A DNA stretch of 64,000 nt from Candidatus Multivoradales bacterium. Lineage in GTDB: Bacteria > Acidobacteriota > Thermoanaerobaculia > Multivoradales > Multivoraceae. The notes under the pieces were generated by a model that ran no database searches, had not been told where the DNA came from, and was given only the letters and a program-made list of their open reading frames with translations. Made by a program: the position numbers and the translations under genes. Positions 47,950-57,693 of this stretch are shown here, in pieces; within the stretch, counting starts at the first letter, position 1; every line of letters begins with the position of its first letter. Where the stretch lies: assembly GCA_965223325.1 (NCBI GenBank), contig CBDCWI010000002.1, forward strand, positions 1,888,001-1,952,000, in the 5' to 3' direction.

Positions 47950-49130
47950 ACACCACGCGTCGACACTGGAGCCTGACGGCGCTCGTTACAACCAGCTTGT
48001 TGCTGGGACTGGGCTGGTTACTCGCTAGAACGTTTGGTTGGTCGCTGGCAAGAACGTCCTCTCCTGTTACCTACCGGGCCTTCCCGGAACCGGCTCGCGG
48101 CACGACCGCTGAGGAGAGCCCCAGGCCTCGCAACATCATTCTGGTGATCGCCGACGGGCTCGGCTTCTCCCACCTCTCGCTCGCCCAGCACACTGCCGGC
48201 ACAGTGCCGGTATGGCATCGGTTCGCGGTCCGCGGCTGGCACGACCCACGACCGATCAAGGGAACGATCACCGATTCCGCCGCCTCGGCAACGGCGTTGG
48301 CCACCGGTAGGTTGACTCGCAACGGCAAGGTCGGGGTCGACGAGAACGACCTGCCACTCGAGTCGGTCTTCGAGCTGGCGTGGCAAGAGGGATATCGCAC
48401 CGGGATCGTGACCGACTCCTACGTCTGGGACGCAACGCCAGCTGCTTTCGCTGCCCACACCTCGAGCCGAGACAACGCCGAGGACATCCTCCGACAACTG
48501 GCATCTGGGCAGCTCGACCTCCTCTTCGGCGAGCTCGAGGACGTCGGCGAAGGCGCAGTGCCGTCGTGGGAAGAGACGGTCGACATCCTGGAGCAGCGCT
48601 TCACACTGCTCGGTGCCGATCTACGTCTCCCTGAAGGCACGGCACTGGACCGGCCGCTGGCCACCATCCACCCAGAAGAGTCGATCACCGATTTCGACTC
48701 AACACCCAACCTGGCAGACATGGTGGCGGTTGCCACGAACCAGCTGGCCGATACCAGAGACCCGTTTCTCCTCCTGATCGAAAGCGAGGAGATCGATTCG
48801 GCTTCTCATCGCCGCGATGGCAAGCGAATGGCCAAGGGCCTCGAAACGCTCTCGTCCGTCGTCGAACAGGTACTCGACTTCGCACAGCACCGTGATGACA
48901 CCCTGGTGGTGTTCACCTCCGACCACGAAACCGGCGGCCTGGCGCTCGGTTTTGACCAGGCCAGCTACCCCGACGTCGTGCCGATGTGGAGCAGCCGGGA
49001 CCATACATCGGCGGTGGTGCCCCTCCTTGCGGCGGGCCCAGGTGCTTCTGGTTTTGGCAGTGTGCAGCGGGCCTGGGAAGTTGGCGTGGTCTTGAAGTCG
49101 CTGATCCAACCGGCCCCGGTACCCGAGTAG
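47946..49130 (+). CDS. Alkaline phosphatase (PhoA family)
   Basis: NIILVIADGLG, TDSAASATA (catalytic Ser), ATPAAF, IDSASH, TSDHETGG, DHT. Confidence 0.9.
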   Translation: MNTTRRHWSLTALVTTSLLLGLGWLLARTFGWSLARTSSPVTYRAFPEPARGTTAEESPRPRNIILVIADGLGFSHLSLAQHTAGTVPVWHRFAVRGWHDPRPIKGTITDSAASATALATGRLTRNGKVGVDENDLPLESVFELAWQEGYRTGIVTDSYVWDATPAAFAAHTSSRDNAEDILRQLASGQLDLLFGELEDVGEGAVPSWEETVDILEQRFTLLGADLRLPEGTALDRPLATIHPEESITDFDSTPNLADMVAVATNQLADTRDPFLLLIESEEIDSASHRRDGKRMAKGLETLSSVVEQVLDFAQHRDDTLVVFTSDHETGGLALGFDQASYPDVVPMWSSRDHTSAVVPLLAAGPGASGFGSVQRAWEVGVVLKSLIQPAPVPE

Positions 49131-49408
49131 GCAGCGCCCCTCGGCCCAACAGGTGCCGGAGAATCATCGGACGAAAGAGCCGCTGCGCTCAGCCTCGTAG
49201 CAGCTTCTGAATTCCCCGAGCGATGATCTGGCCTGCAGCTCGTTGCACATTCAGTCGGAATCGACAGCTCGATCGCAGGCGTCGCTAGCAAGGGTCTGTT
49301 CGGTGGTCAGTTCAGTGAGGCGGCGTTGCGCAGAAGTGGTTGTCAAACGGCAGACCACACCATCCGACCGCCTGGCAGCTGCAGCGAGCAGCCCCGGTAG
49401 AATCAAGC

Positions 49409-50956
49409 ATGGCTGTCAAGACGCGGCTCCATGCCGAACAACGCCCTCTAGAAGCGGCGCTCGCCGATCACAGGGGTGAGATGTCGTGGGCCGGACTCGA
49501 CGAGCGCATCAACCGCCTGATCGCTGCACTTCGGCGCGCCGGGTTGGCGCCGGAGTCAACGGTGGCGATTCTCGCCAGCAACTGCAACGAGTACTTCGAG
49601 ATCTTCTCGGCGTGTGCCCATGCCTCATTCTGGGCGGTTCCGATCAATCGCCACTTCGCGGCCGAAGAGGTGGCCTACGTACTCGAGAACTCGGACGCCG
49701 ACGCCCTGATCGCCGGGCCTGGCTACGCCGAACTGGCGGCCGAGGCGTCGACCGCGATGTCTGTACGGCTCAAGCTTTCAATCGGCGACGATCCACCTGC
49801 CGGTTTCGAACGCTACGAAGAGGTTCTCGCCAGCGCTCCAGCCGACGAACCGACCGACCAGGGCGAGGGTGGAGTGATGTTCTACACCTCGGGTACCACC
49901 GGCCGCCCCAAGGGAGTGCGCCGTCTCGGCGGTCTGGGCGCGCCGCTCGAACCGTCGCTCCAGCGAGCGGCAGGCTTCGCCATGATGATGGGGATACCGC
50001 CGGCGGGGACCACCCTGGTTTGCGGCCCGGTCTACCACTCGGCACAGTGGGCCTTCTCGATGTTCCCGCTCGACGCCGGCAGCACCCTTGTCACGCGACC
50101 GCGGTTCGACCCCGCCGAGACTCTCGCCCTCATCGATCGTCATCAGGTGACCAACGTTCACCTCGTGCCCACGCAATTCGTGCGCCTCCTCCGCCTCGAC
50201 GAACCGCTAAAGAGCGCCTTCTCCGGCTCGAGCCTGGTTCAGGTTCTGCACGGCGCCGCGCCCTGTTCTCCGGCGGTCAAGCAGCAGATGATCGCCTGGT
50301 GGGGGCCGGTCATCACCGAGTACTACGGAGGCACCGAGGGTGCCGTCATCAGCCTCATCGGCGCCAAAGAATGGCTCGAGCGCCCGACCAGCCTCGGCCG
50401 ACCGCTACCGACCGTAGAGGTCATGGTCCTCGACGACGAAGGCGACCCCTGCCCGCCCGGGACCCCAGGCCTTCTCTACATCAAGAGCCTCATTGGTATG
50501 GACTTCGAGTATCACAAGGACAAAGAGAAGACACAGAACGTCCACCGCGAACCCTTCGTGTTCACCATGGGCGACATTGGCATGCTCGACAGGGAAGGTT
50601 ACATCCATCTCACCGATCGCAAGATCGACATGATCATCTCCGGCGGTGTGAACATCTATCCAGCCGAGATCGAGCGCGTCCTGGCTGATCACCCAGCTGT
50701 CTCCGACGTTGCCGTGTTCGGAATCCCCGACGAAGAATTCGGCGAACAGGTCAAGGCCGCCGTCGTCGTTTCAGCTCCGCCGGCGTCGGCCGAGCTGTCA
50801 GCCGAACTGATTGCGTACTGCAGAGAGCGTCTGGCTGGGTACAAGGTCCCCAAGTCGATCGATTTCGAGACCGCTCTCCCCCGCCAGGAGACCGGCAAGC
50901 TCTTCAAACGAGAACTGCGCGACCACTACTGGGCAGGGCGCGACCGAAAGATCTAG
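49409..50956 (+). CDS. Acyl-CoA synthetase (AMP-binding)
   Basis: YTSGTTGRPKG, EYYGGTE, GDIG, ISGGVNIYPAEIE, LPRQETGK. Confidence 0.93.
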   Translation: MAVKTRLHAEQRPLEAALADHRGEMSWAGLDERINRLIAALRRAGLAPESTVAILASNCNEYFEIFSACAHASFWAVPINRHFAAEEVAYVLENSDADALIAGPGYAELAAEASTAMSVRLKLSIGDDPPAGFERYEEVLASAPADEPTDQGEGGVMFYTSGTTGRPKGVRRLGGLGAPLEPSLQRAAGFAMMMGIPPAGTTLVCGPVYHSAQWAFSMFPLDAGSTLVTRPRFDPAETLALIDRHQVTNVHLVPTQFVRLLRLDEPLKSAFSGSSLVQVLHGAAPCSPAVKQQMIAWWGPVITEYYGGTEGAVISLIGAKEWLERPTSLGRPLPTVEVMVLDDEGDPCPPGTPGLLYIKSLIGMDFEYHKDKEKTQNVHREPFVFTMGDIGMLDREGYIHLTDRKIDMIISGGVNIYPAEIERVLADHPAVSDVAVFGIPDEEFGEQVKAAVVVSAPPASAELSAELIAYCRERLAGYKVPKSIDFETALPRQETGKLFKRELRDHYWAGRDRKI

Positions 50957-51038
50957 CGACTCTTCGGTCGAGGGCCGTCGACACTCATCATCGCCAACCG
51001 GTCGACACCGACCAGTGGCCTTCCCGCACGACTCGCAG

Positions 51039-52922
51039 CTAACGAGCCGGAGCGGACGCCTCGGGTTCCGCGCCCAGAAGCGCCGGGAAGACGAACTCTG
51101 GCACCAGGTCATGAAGATAGCGCGACCAGATGCGACCCTGGCCGTAGTTACCGGCCGAGAACTGAACGACGAGTTCGAGCTTCGGAACTACGATGACCAG
51201 CTGGCCCCCGTTGCCGCTGGCATAGATCGCCTCGACTTTCGCCGCCCCCTCGGCGGCTCCCGCGACTCTGGGAAGTTCAGTGCGCCACCACGCGTAACCG
51301 TAGTCGTTGGGTTCATTGATGCCAGTCTGAGCGGAAGTCGATTGATCGACCCACTGCTCCGATAGCACCCGCTCGCCGCGCCACATCCCACGATCGAGAA
51401 TCAGCTGACCGAACTTGGCCTGATCTCGCGGCCGCAAGCGAATGCCTCCACCCATGTAACCGTCACCAGCCGGTGTGAGGTTGAAGGCATAGCGCTCGAT
51501 GCCGAGAGGTTTCGCGAGCCATTCGCTGAATGCATCTGGTAACCAGAGGCCGCTAACTCGAGAGAGCGTTGCGGCAGCGAGGTTGATGCTGTTCGAGCAG
51601 TAAATGCCGTCGCCTCCAGGCGCTTTTACCATCGCAAGGCCGAGGCCCCAGGCGACCCAGTCAGGACCGGCGTCATCGCCGTTTTGCATACGGCCCTCAT
51701 TGCCGAGGGAGTCCCCATCGTCGTCGTCGCAGTCGAGGCCGGAACTCATCGAAAGCAGGTGACCCACGTTGAGACGGTTGCGCCACGCCACTCGTTGCGC
51801 GTGCGACGCGGGGGAACGATCGGTCAGCTCGGGCTCCGGCGAGCGCTCTTTCCACACCTCGGTAAGGCGAGTCTTGGCGTCAAAGCGCGGCAAGCGATCG
51901 GCTCCAGCACCGACGAGCATCGAGGCGACACTCTTCCCCGCCGAACGCGTGTCATGGAGATCCATTGGGCCCTGGCCGTAAAACGACTCTTCGAGGACCA
52001 GCTTGCCCTGGCGGGCGATCACCACCGTATGGATGTAGGTACTCGAAGTCGAGGTGACGTCGAGGCGGCGCAGATGTTCGACGAATGCCGCCAGGCGTTG
52101 CGGGTCGAGGCCCACGTCGCGAGCGTGGCCGACCTGCCAGCCGCGGCCAGCGACGCCGGGCGTGGCATGCGGGACCCGATAGCGGTAGGGAGCCTCTTCC
52201 ACGCTCGGCAAGAAGGCCGAGCGAGCCCCGGGGTCGCGACGGAAATCGAGCTCGGTCTCGTAGTCGATCATCAGCATGCGCAGGGTGTCTGTCGCTCGGT
52301 TGTACTCTCCTTTGGCGACGAGATGGTTGGGGTCTCGCCGAAACTCGACGCGGTCACCGTCACGAACGACGCGATCGAACCGCATGCGCGGCCCGAGGTT
52401 ACGTTCAGGATTGCGAATCAGGCCGATGAGCCGACTCGTCCCCGTGCCCGGTGAACGAAGATGAGCGATGTCGAGGTAGAAGCTCAGGCGATCGCCAAGC
52501 GGTTCCACCTGCCCGCGCCACGAACCATCGCGCTGACGGAGCATGACCATGGGTGTCGCATGGGGGTAGGAGAAGCCCGGCGAGGTTGGCTGAATCCAGT
52601 GGCCCTCGATGTTGCCGTGCGCCGTGATGTCACCCCGGAACGACCCGCCGTCGCCCCGCACTGTGAGCCGAACACTACGTTCGTCTGTTTCGTCGATCTC
52701 GTCGATCTCGACTTCCTGACCGTCAAGATGAGCCTGCCAGCCGGCGCCGGAGCGGCTGATATCGAGTTGCCCGCGAACCCCCGATGCGAAGGCGCGTTCT
52801 GCCGACCACAAGCCGACCAGGGGGTCGTCGTCGAAAGCGCGGAGTGCTGGGAGCCACAACGCCGCCACGAGTGCAGTCACAGCCAAGACGAGTCGGCGAC
52901 GAATGACGGAAGAGTTCTTCAT
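51039..52922 (-). CDS. Secreted serine hydrolase (beta-lactamase-like, NylB/AmpC type)
   Basis: RSAGKS (SxxK), LLSMSSG, YCS, GGGIRLRPRD.AKFG, ASGNGGQ. Confidence 0.88.
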   Translation of the reverse strand: MKNSSVIRRRLVLAVTALVAALWLPALRAFDDDPLVGLWSAERAFASGVRGQLDISRSGAGWQAHLDGQEVEIDEIDETDERSVRLTVRGDGGSFRGDITAHGNIEGHWIQPTSPGFSYPHATPMVMLRQRDGSWRGQVEPLGDRLSFYLDIAHLRSPGTGTSRLIGLIRNPERNLGPRMRFDRVVRDGDRVEFRRDPNHLVAKGEYNRATDTLRMLMIDYETELDFRRDPGARSAFLPSVEEAPYRYRVPHATPGVAGRGWQVGHARDVGLDPQRLAAFVEHLRRLDVTSTSSTYIHTVVIARQGKLVLEESFYGQGPMDLHDTRSAGKSVASMLVGAGADRLPRFDAKTRLTEVWKERSPEPELTDRSPASHAQRVAWRNRLNVGHLLSMSSGLDCDDDDGDSLGNEGRMQNGDDAGPDWVAWGLGLAMVKAPGGDGIYCSNSINLAAATLSRVSGLWLPDAFSEWLAKPLGIERYAFNLTPAGDGYMGGGIRLRPRDQAKFGQLILDRGMWRGERVLSEQWVDQSTSAQTGINEPNDYGYAWWRTELPRVAGAAEGAAKVEAIYASGNGGQLVIVVPKLELVVQFSAGNYGQGRIWSRYLHDLVPEFVFPALLGAEPEASAPAR

Positions 52923-52924
52923 TC

Positions 52925-53596
52925 TCAGGCCTTTTCAGGTGGATCAGGGTTGGCGCTCAGCCACTCAACCAACGGTTCGACGGCCGACGTCATGTTCTGG
53001 CGCAGGCCGTCGCAGGCCGCCTCGAGATCGCCCTGCTCGAGAGCGTCGAGAATCGCCTCGTGCTCTTCGACGGCGGTGACCGCGCCCTGCCCGGAGCCCA
53101 TATAGGCCATTTCGTAGCGCCGCGTGCGATCGATGAACTGCCGAATCAGGGCGAGCAGAGTACGGCTGGGACAGCGCGCCACCAGGGCCAGATGCCAACG
53201 ATCATCGAGAGCAACGCGCTGTTCGCCGCGCGGTTCTGCCCGCAGTCGTTCATTGAGCGACCGCAGCCGGGCGATATCGCGCTCACTCGGAAGGCCCGAG
53301 AGTCGCAAAGCCTCTGGGTCGAGTAAACGGCGAATGGGATAGATCTCCGACACCTCGTCGACGGAGAGCTCGGTCACGAAGAAGCCCCGCCGAGGAAGCT
53401 GTCGGACGAGGCCTTCTCCGACGAGCTGCGAAAGTGCCTCTCGAATCGGAGTTCGACTCACGCCGAGGCGCTCCGAAAGCCCGACTTCATTGAGCCTGGA
53501 GCCAGGTTCCAGCTGCCCGGCAAGCACTTCTCGTCGCAGTTGATCCTCGACTTCGACGCTGAGGTTGCGACGATTTCCAATTCCCACTCTCTGCAT
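52925..53596 (-). CDS. GntR family transcriptional regulator (FCD domain)
   Basis: LEPGSRLNE..LSERLGVSRTPIREAL; EEHEAILDAL. Confidence 0.93.
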   Translation of the reverse strand: MQRVGIGNRRNLSVEVEDQLRREVLAGQLEPGSRLNEVGLSERLGVSRTPIREALSQLVGEGLVRQLPRRGFFVTELSVDEVSEIYPIRRLLDPEALRLSGLPSERDIARLRSLNERLRAEPRGEQRVALDDRWHLALVARCPSRTLLALIRQFIDRTRRYEMAYMGSGQGAVTAVEEHEAILDALEQGDLEAACDGLRQNMTSAVEPLVEWLSANPDPPEKA

Positions 53597-53610
53597 ACTG
53601 TATACAGTAT
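53595..53610. promoter_or_regulatory. Perfect 16-bp palindrome, probable GntR operator overlapping the start codon
   Basis: ATACTGTATACAGTAT; TGTATACA core resembles GntR-family boxes. Confidence 0.75.
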
Positions 53611-53763
53611 CAGATTCCTCCCGAAGGCCGGGCGGGAGGTCGGGCTACGTACGCGATCGAAACGGCGGCCTCTACTACTCTGAGCGGCGGGAGCTGCCTC
53701 CCTGGAGTCGCGCGCGGGCTTCGTAACACGCCTGTCTCTCTGTTGGGGCGCGAGGCCGTGGCT

Positions 53764-55404
53764 TCAAGGCTGCGCCGCGAGAACGAACGGTAGCCCCTCA
53801 GCCCCCATCTCCGATTCGAGGGTGGCGATGCCCACGAGGTAGCCCTGCCGTAGATCGGCTTCGAGTCCGATTCGCGTCACGTTGCCACCCTGCCAGGGCG
53901 CAGCAGCCACGAGGCGCCGGCCGTCCCAGCTGACCTTCTCGAGCGGTTGCGACAGGACACCGGATTGCGGCCAGCTCCACGTCGCCCCAAGCCCTCCTCC
54001 GCGTTCTTGCTGCAACTCGAGCGACAGCGGAACCCCCGCGCTGAGGGGGAAGGACATGCGACCACTCCAGCTGCCCGCAGGCACAGCTGCCTCCGCCGAG
54101 GTGGCGATCGCGACCGCCGCATCGAGCACCGGATCGCGGCCGGCCAGATAGTCGTCGAAGGTCGGCTCGATCGTGACGTGGGGCGTGATGAACTCGCGAC
54201 GGTCGGAGGGATGGGACTGCCAATAGAGAGTCGAGATCCGCACTGTGATGCCGCTGTTGGGCAGGCGGACCCGGCGGGCGTCGCCGTGGTGATTGGGCGA
54301 GGAGCCTGTCGGCTCACCGAGGAACAGAGCATTGGAATGCCGTTCGAGATCGATCGCGAACATCATGGCGGCGGAAAAGGTGGTTCGCCCGGTGAGCACC
54401 AAAAGCCTTCCCGGCTCATCGACGAGCTCGCGGCGCAACAGCCCGCGAAGCAGCGACTTGGCGGTGCCGTACCAGCCACCCGGGTTGCGGCGTAGATCGA
54501 TCACCAGGCTGGAACCGGGCTGCCGGTCGAGTTCGGTGAGCAAGCGCGTCGTAAAGCGGTCGAGGGTCTCGCCTTCGGCGCCACCGACCTGGTTGAACTG
54601 GAAGTAGAGAATGTGGTCGTCAAGCCACTCGAACCAGTACGGTTCCTCCGGTCTGTCCGGATAGCGCGGCGCGTCCTCCCTTCGGTCCACTCCGGCGACG
54701 AGCAGAGCGGGGCCGCCCGCCACTTGCGGGCGGAGCACCGCTTGCACGCGTTCGCCTCCCCGCCGCTCGACCACCAGCGGCAGCTCGTTCGCCTGATCGA
54801 CGACTCCGCGAGCTGCGAGCAGCTCGACGAGAACCAGGTGAGTCGGCAGCAGGTCCTGAATCTGGAGCTCGTTGTCTCGGCGCACCGTCGGTGCGACCGC
54901 CGCGATAGCGCCTTCGATGCTCATCTTGCCGAAGCGAACGACACGAGCGCCGAGCAACTCCCGGTGCGCCGGCGCCACCTCGCGGACGTACAGCTCGCCA
55001 CCCAACAGCGACAGCCGAATTGGGAAGGCGCGAAACCGCAGCCCATCGACCTCGGGCGGCGGGGTCGGCGAATGCCCCTGAAAGAACTCCACCTGCTCGT
55101 CGAGCGGTAGCGTCACCCGGCTGTGACCGTCACCGAGCCGCGCCAGGAGGGTCGCCAGCTCAACGACGACCTCATGGTGTTCAAGTGCGGCGAGATCGTC
55201 GCGGATCCGTGCGAGTTCACTGTCGAAGACCGCTTCATCGACTTTGGCAAAAGGCTGAGGATGAATCTCTCGCAGCTGAGCGGCGAGATAGTCGAGATCC
55301 TGCCGCCACCGTTCCTGCCAGTCGAGAGGCACAGCGCCAAGCTGAACCGAGATCAACATCGCGGCCGCGAGAGCCACAAATGACCGCTTTCGCCGTCCGT
55401 TCAA
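53764..55404 (-). CDS. Secreted S41 peptidase-like protein
   Basis: LGDGHS, VIDLRRNPGG, TFSAA, GEPTGSSPN, GRDPVLDAA. Confidence 0.75.
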   Translation of the reverse strand: MNGRRKRSFVALAAAMLISVQLGAVPLDWQERWRQDLDYLAAQLREIHPQPFAKVDEAVFDSELARIRDDLAALEHHEVVVELATLLARLGDGHSRVTLPLDEQVEFFQGHSPTPPPEVDGLRFRAFPIRLSLLGGELYVREVAPAHRELLGARVVRFGKMSIEGAIAAVAPTVRRDNELQIQDLLPTHLVLVELLAARGVVDQANELPLVVERRGGERVQAVLRPQVAGGPALLVAGVDRREDAPRYPDRPEEPYWFEWLDDHILYFQFNQVGGAEGETLDRFTTRLLTELDRQPGSSLVIDLRRNPGGWYGTAKSLLRGLLRRELVDEPGRLLVLTGRTTFSAAMMFAIDLERHSNALFLGEPTGSSPNHHGDARRVRLPNSGITVRISTLYWQSHPSDRREFITPHVTIEPTFDDYLAGRDPVLDAAVAIATSAEAAVPAGSWSGRMSFPLSAGVPLSLELQQERGGGLGATWSWPQSGVLSQPLEKVSWDGRRLVAAAPWQGGNVTRIGLEADLRQGYLVGIATLESEMGAEGLPFVLAAQP

Positions 55405-57077
55405 CGGGCGCCTCCGGAGAGCAGGAGATCGACCACTCCATCGTAGCCGCCGCGCCGGGCGACGCTTAGAGGAGAGCGAGGACCTCCGCGCAGCGGCAGC
55501 CCGCCGGCGTCCTCATAGACCGTCAGGTTGGGATCCGAGCCACTGTCGAGCAGGAAGCGGACGATCTCGAGATGGCCGTGACCCGCCGCCTGGATGAGCG
55601 GAGTCTCATCGCCTTTGACAATGCTGTCGACGTTGGCGCCGCTGGTTACCAGGAACCTGACCGCATCGAGCTGGCCGGCACGGGCAGCCGCGATCAGCGG
55701 GTTACCATCACCCGGCGCGTCGCGGTCGACATCTGCACCGTGATCGAGCAGTAGGCGCATCACGGCGAGATCACCTCGCTCGGCAGCCACCAACAGCGGA
55801 CTGCCGTCTCCACTCGCTACCAGATCGGGGTCGGCTCCCCACTCGAGCAGACGCCTCACCAGCTCACGGTTGCCGCTACGGACGGCCGCAATCAGCAGTG
55901 TGCCGCCACTGTTGTGGAGCATGTCGACGTCGATGACGGCCCTCGGCAGCTGCTCCAGGGTTCTGAGATCGCCACGCTCCGCCGCTTCGATCATCGCCTC
56001 GGCGAGCGCGCTGTCGCGATCGCCGTCCTGCTGACTGGCAGTTACGCGGACCACGCCGAGGGTGAGAGCGAGCGAGGTGGCAGCAACGACCGTGAGACCG
56101 AAAAACCGTTTCGACCGCGAGGCCGTTCTTTGTTGGGTCGAGTCGAGAAGACGGTCGATTCTCCGCGCCAGCCCGGATCGGCTGGCCACCGCGACACTGA
56201 AGACAGGAGGCTCGGACCGAGCGCTAACTTCGCGAACCGTGCGGACCAGCTCCTCGGCGTAGCGCTCACCGCTCGACCCGCCGAGGATTACCTGGTCGTC
56301 GCAAGCTTCTTCAGCGAGCCGCAGGGTTTCTCTGAGTGCGAACCAAACCAAAGGGTTCGCCCAGTGGACCGCACAACACAACCGGCAGAGCATCTGCACC
56401 AACCAGTCCTGCCGGTCCACGTGCGCAAGCTCATGCAGCAGAACATTCCGGCAGCGGTCCTCGCTCCACCTGCTGGCTGTGGTCGGGATCAGAACGAACG
56501 GTTGCAGGAAGCCGCCGGTTGCCGGAAAGGCTGTCTGGTCACTCTCGAGCAACCGGACACGAGTCGAGCTCGACAGCGCACGGTAGGAAGTGCGCCACGG
56601 GCTGTCGGACGGCAGCGGCCGGGCAGACCGAACGGACCGGCGCAGTATCGCCAGTCCGAGAATCCAGCGACCGCTCAGGCCGAGAAAACCGGCTAACCAG
56701 GTCGCGAGGACGACACGCCACGGAGGGGGCGTGACGCGAGGACTCGGCACACCGAGCTGGGCCGGAGTGCTTGCAGTCCTTACCGCAGTCTCGGAACTCT
56801 GCCTGCCGGCCATCTCGACCGGTCGAACCACCACCATTGGCGCCTCCTCAGGCACGTGGCCGAGGGCGCCCACCCAATTGGCGGGAACCGCCACCTCGAG
56901 AGCCGGAAGCGCGATCCTGGCGAGTGGCAGCACCAGCACCGCCAGAAGAGTCGAAGCCAGAAGAGCGTGGCGGATCGCGGCAGACCGGGAGCGGAGAAGT
57001 CGGTTGGCCAACAGAGCGGATCCGACCAAGAGGCACGTCAGCAGCTCGAGGCTGATCCAGGGGGCAAGGGCGCTCAT
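55401..57077 (-). CDS. BlaR1/MecR1-type M56 metallopeptidase with C-terminal ankyrin repeats
   Basis: HELAH, HWANPLVW, EEACDD; 4-5 ankyrin repeats (GxPLIAAA..G..V..LL..GAD). Confidence 0.92.
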   Translation of the reverse strand: MSALAPWISLELLTCLLVGSALLANRLLRSRSAAIRHALLASTLLAVLVLPLARIALPALEVAVPANWVGALGHVPEEAPMVVVRPVEMAGRQSSETAVRTASTPAQLGVPSPRVTPPPWRVVLATWLAGFLGLSGRWILGLAILRRSVRSARPLPSDSPWRTSYRALSSSTRVRLLESDQTAFPATGGFLQPFVLIPTTASRWSEDRCRNVLLHELAHVDRQDWLVQMLCRLCCAVHWANPLVWFALRETLRLAEEACDDQVILGGSSGERYAEELVRTVREVSARSEPPVFSVAVASRSGLARRIDRLLDSTQQRTASRSKRFFGLTVVAATSLALTLGVVRVTASQQDGDRDSALAEAMIEAAERGDLRTLEQLPRAVIDVDMLHNSGGTLLIAAVRSGNRELVRRLLEWGADPDLVASGDGSPLLVAAERGDLAVMRLLLDHGADVDRDAPGDGNPLIAAARAGQLDAVRFLVTSGANVDSIVKGDETPLIQAAGHGHLEIVRFLLDSGSDPNLTVYEDAGGLPLRGGPRSPLSVARRGGYDGVVDLLLSGGAR

Positions 57078-57478
57078 TTCGTTTTCTTCTCCCTGGTCGT
57101 TCGGATGGTTCTCTCGAGCTCGAGGAGTTCCTCGTCGCTGAGGTCGGAGTTCGTGTGGTCGAGGAGTCCCGCTAGCGCCTCGGAAGCGGAGCCGCGGTAG
57201 AAAACGCGGATGAGCCGAGAGAGTGCGGAGCTTCTTGCCTCCGCCGGTGGGACGGCGATGCTGTAGACAAACCGGAGCCCCTCCTCTCGATGGCAGATGA
57301 GGCCCCGTGCCTCGAGCTTGGCGAGCGTCGAGCGGACGGCGGAGTTCCCTGGTGGGTCGTTCAACCGGGCGCGGACTTCCTCGGCAGTGGCCTCACCGAC
57401 CTCCAGAAGGATGTCCGTGATCTGCCGCTCACGTTTTGAGAGTGGCGCTTCTTCGGGCAGGTGCGGTTTTTCTCGCAT
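57074..57478 (-). CDS. BlaI/MecI/CopY family repressor
   Basis: LSKRERQI..IL...GEATAEEV...SAVRSTL..LE, FYRGS...LAGLL, LSDEEL. Confidence 0.92.
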   Translation of the reverse strand: MREKPHLPEEAPLSKRERQITDILLEVGEATAEEVRARLNDPPGNSAVRSTLAKLEARGLICHREEGLRFVYSIAVPPAEARSSALSRLIRVFYRGSASEALAGLLDHTNSDLSDEELLELERTIRTTREKKTK

Positions 57479-57514
57479 GCTGCGGTTTTACCCGCAGAAG
57501 CCGTGCCTTGTCAA
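57462..57514 (-). promoter_or_regulatory. Promoter TTGACA-N18-TAAAAC with two tandem operator-like boxes
   Basis: TTGACA 57514-57509; inverted repeat CTGCGG-N6-CCGCAG 57480-57497; related box TGCGGTTTTTCTCGCA 57462-57477. Confidence 0.6.
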
Positions 57515-57693
57515 GCCCGACGATTCCCTCGCGACCCCGACGACGTCCGACCGATTGCGCTCGTGCAGGTATCCATGCCGATCCTGATCGAGATTGGCAA
57601 GGGTCGGAGGCCAGGCATTCTGTCGACCAAACCGAGTCTGAAGATGGATGAAGACGGCGTGCCGGCCAGCGACCCGGGTGTCCCGAGCTCTCC

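Noticed and set aside
51039-57478. Beta-lactam resistance locus
   Set aside because: M56 protein lacks a penicillin-binding sensor domain; the serine hydrolase resembles general amidases/esterases and has its own GntR.
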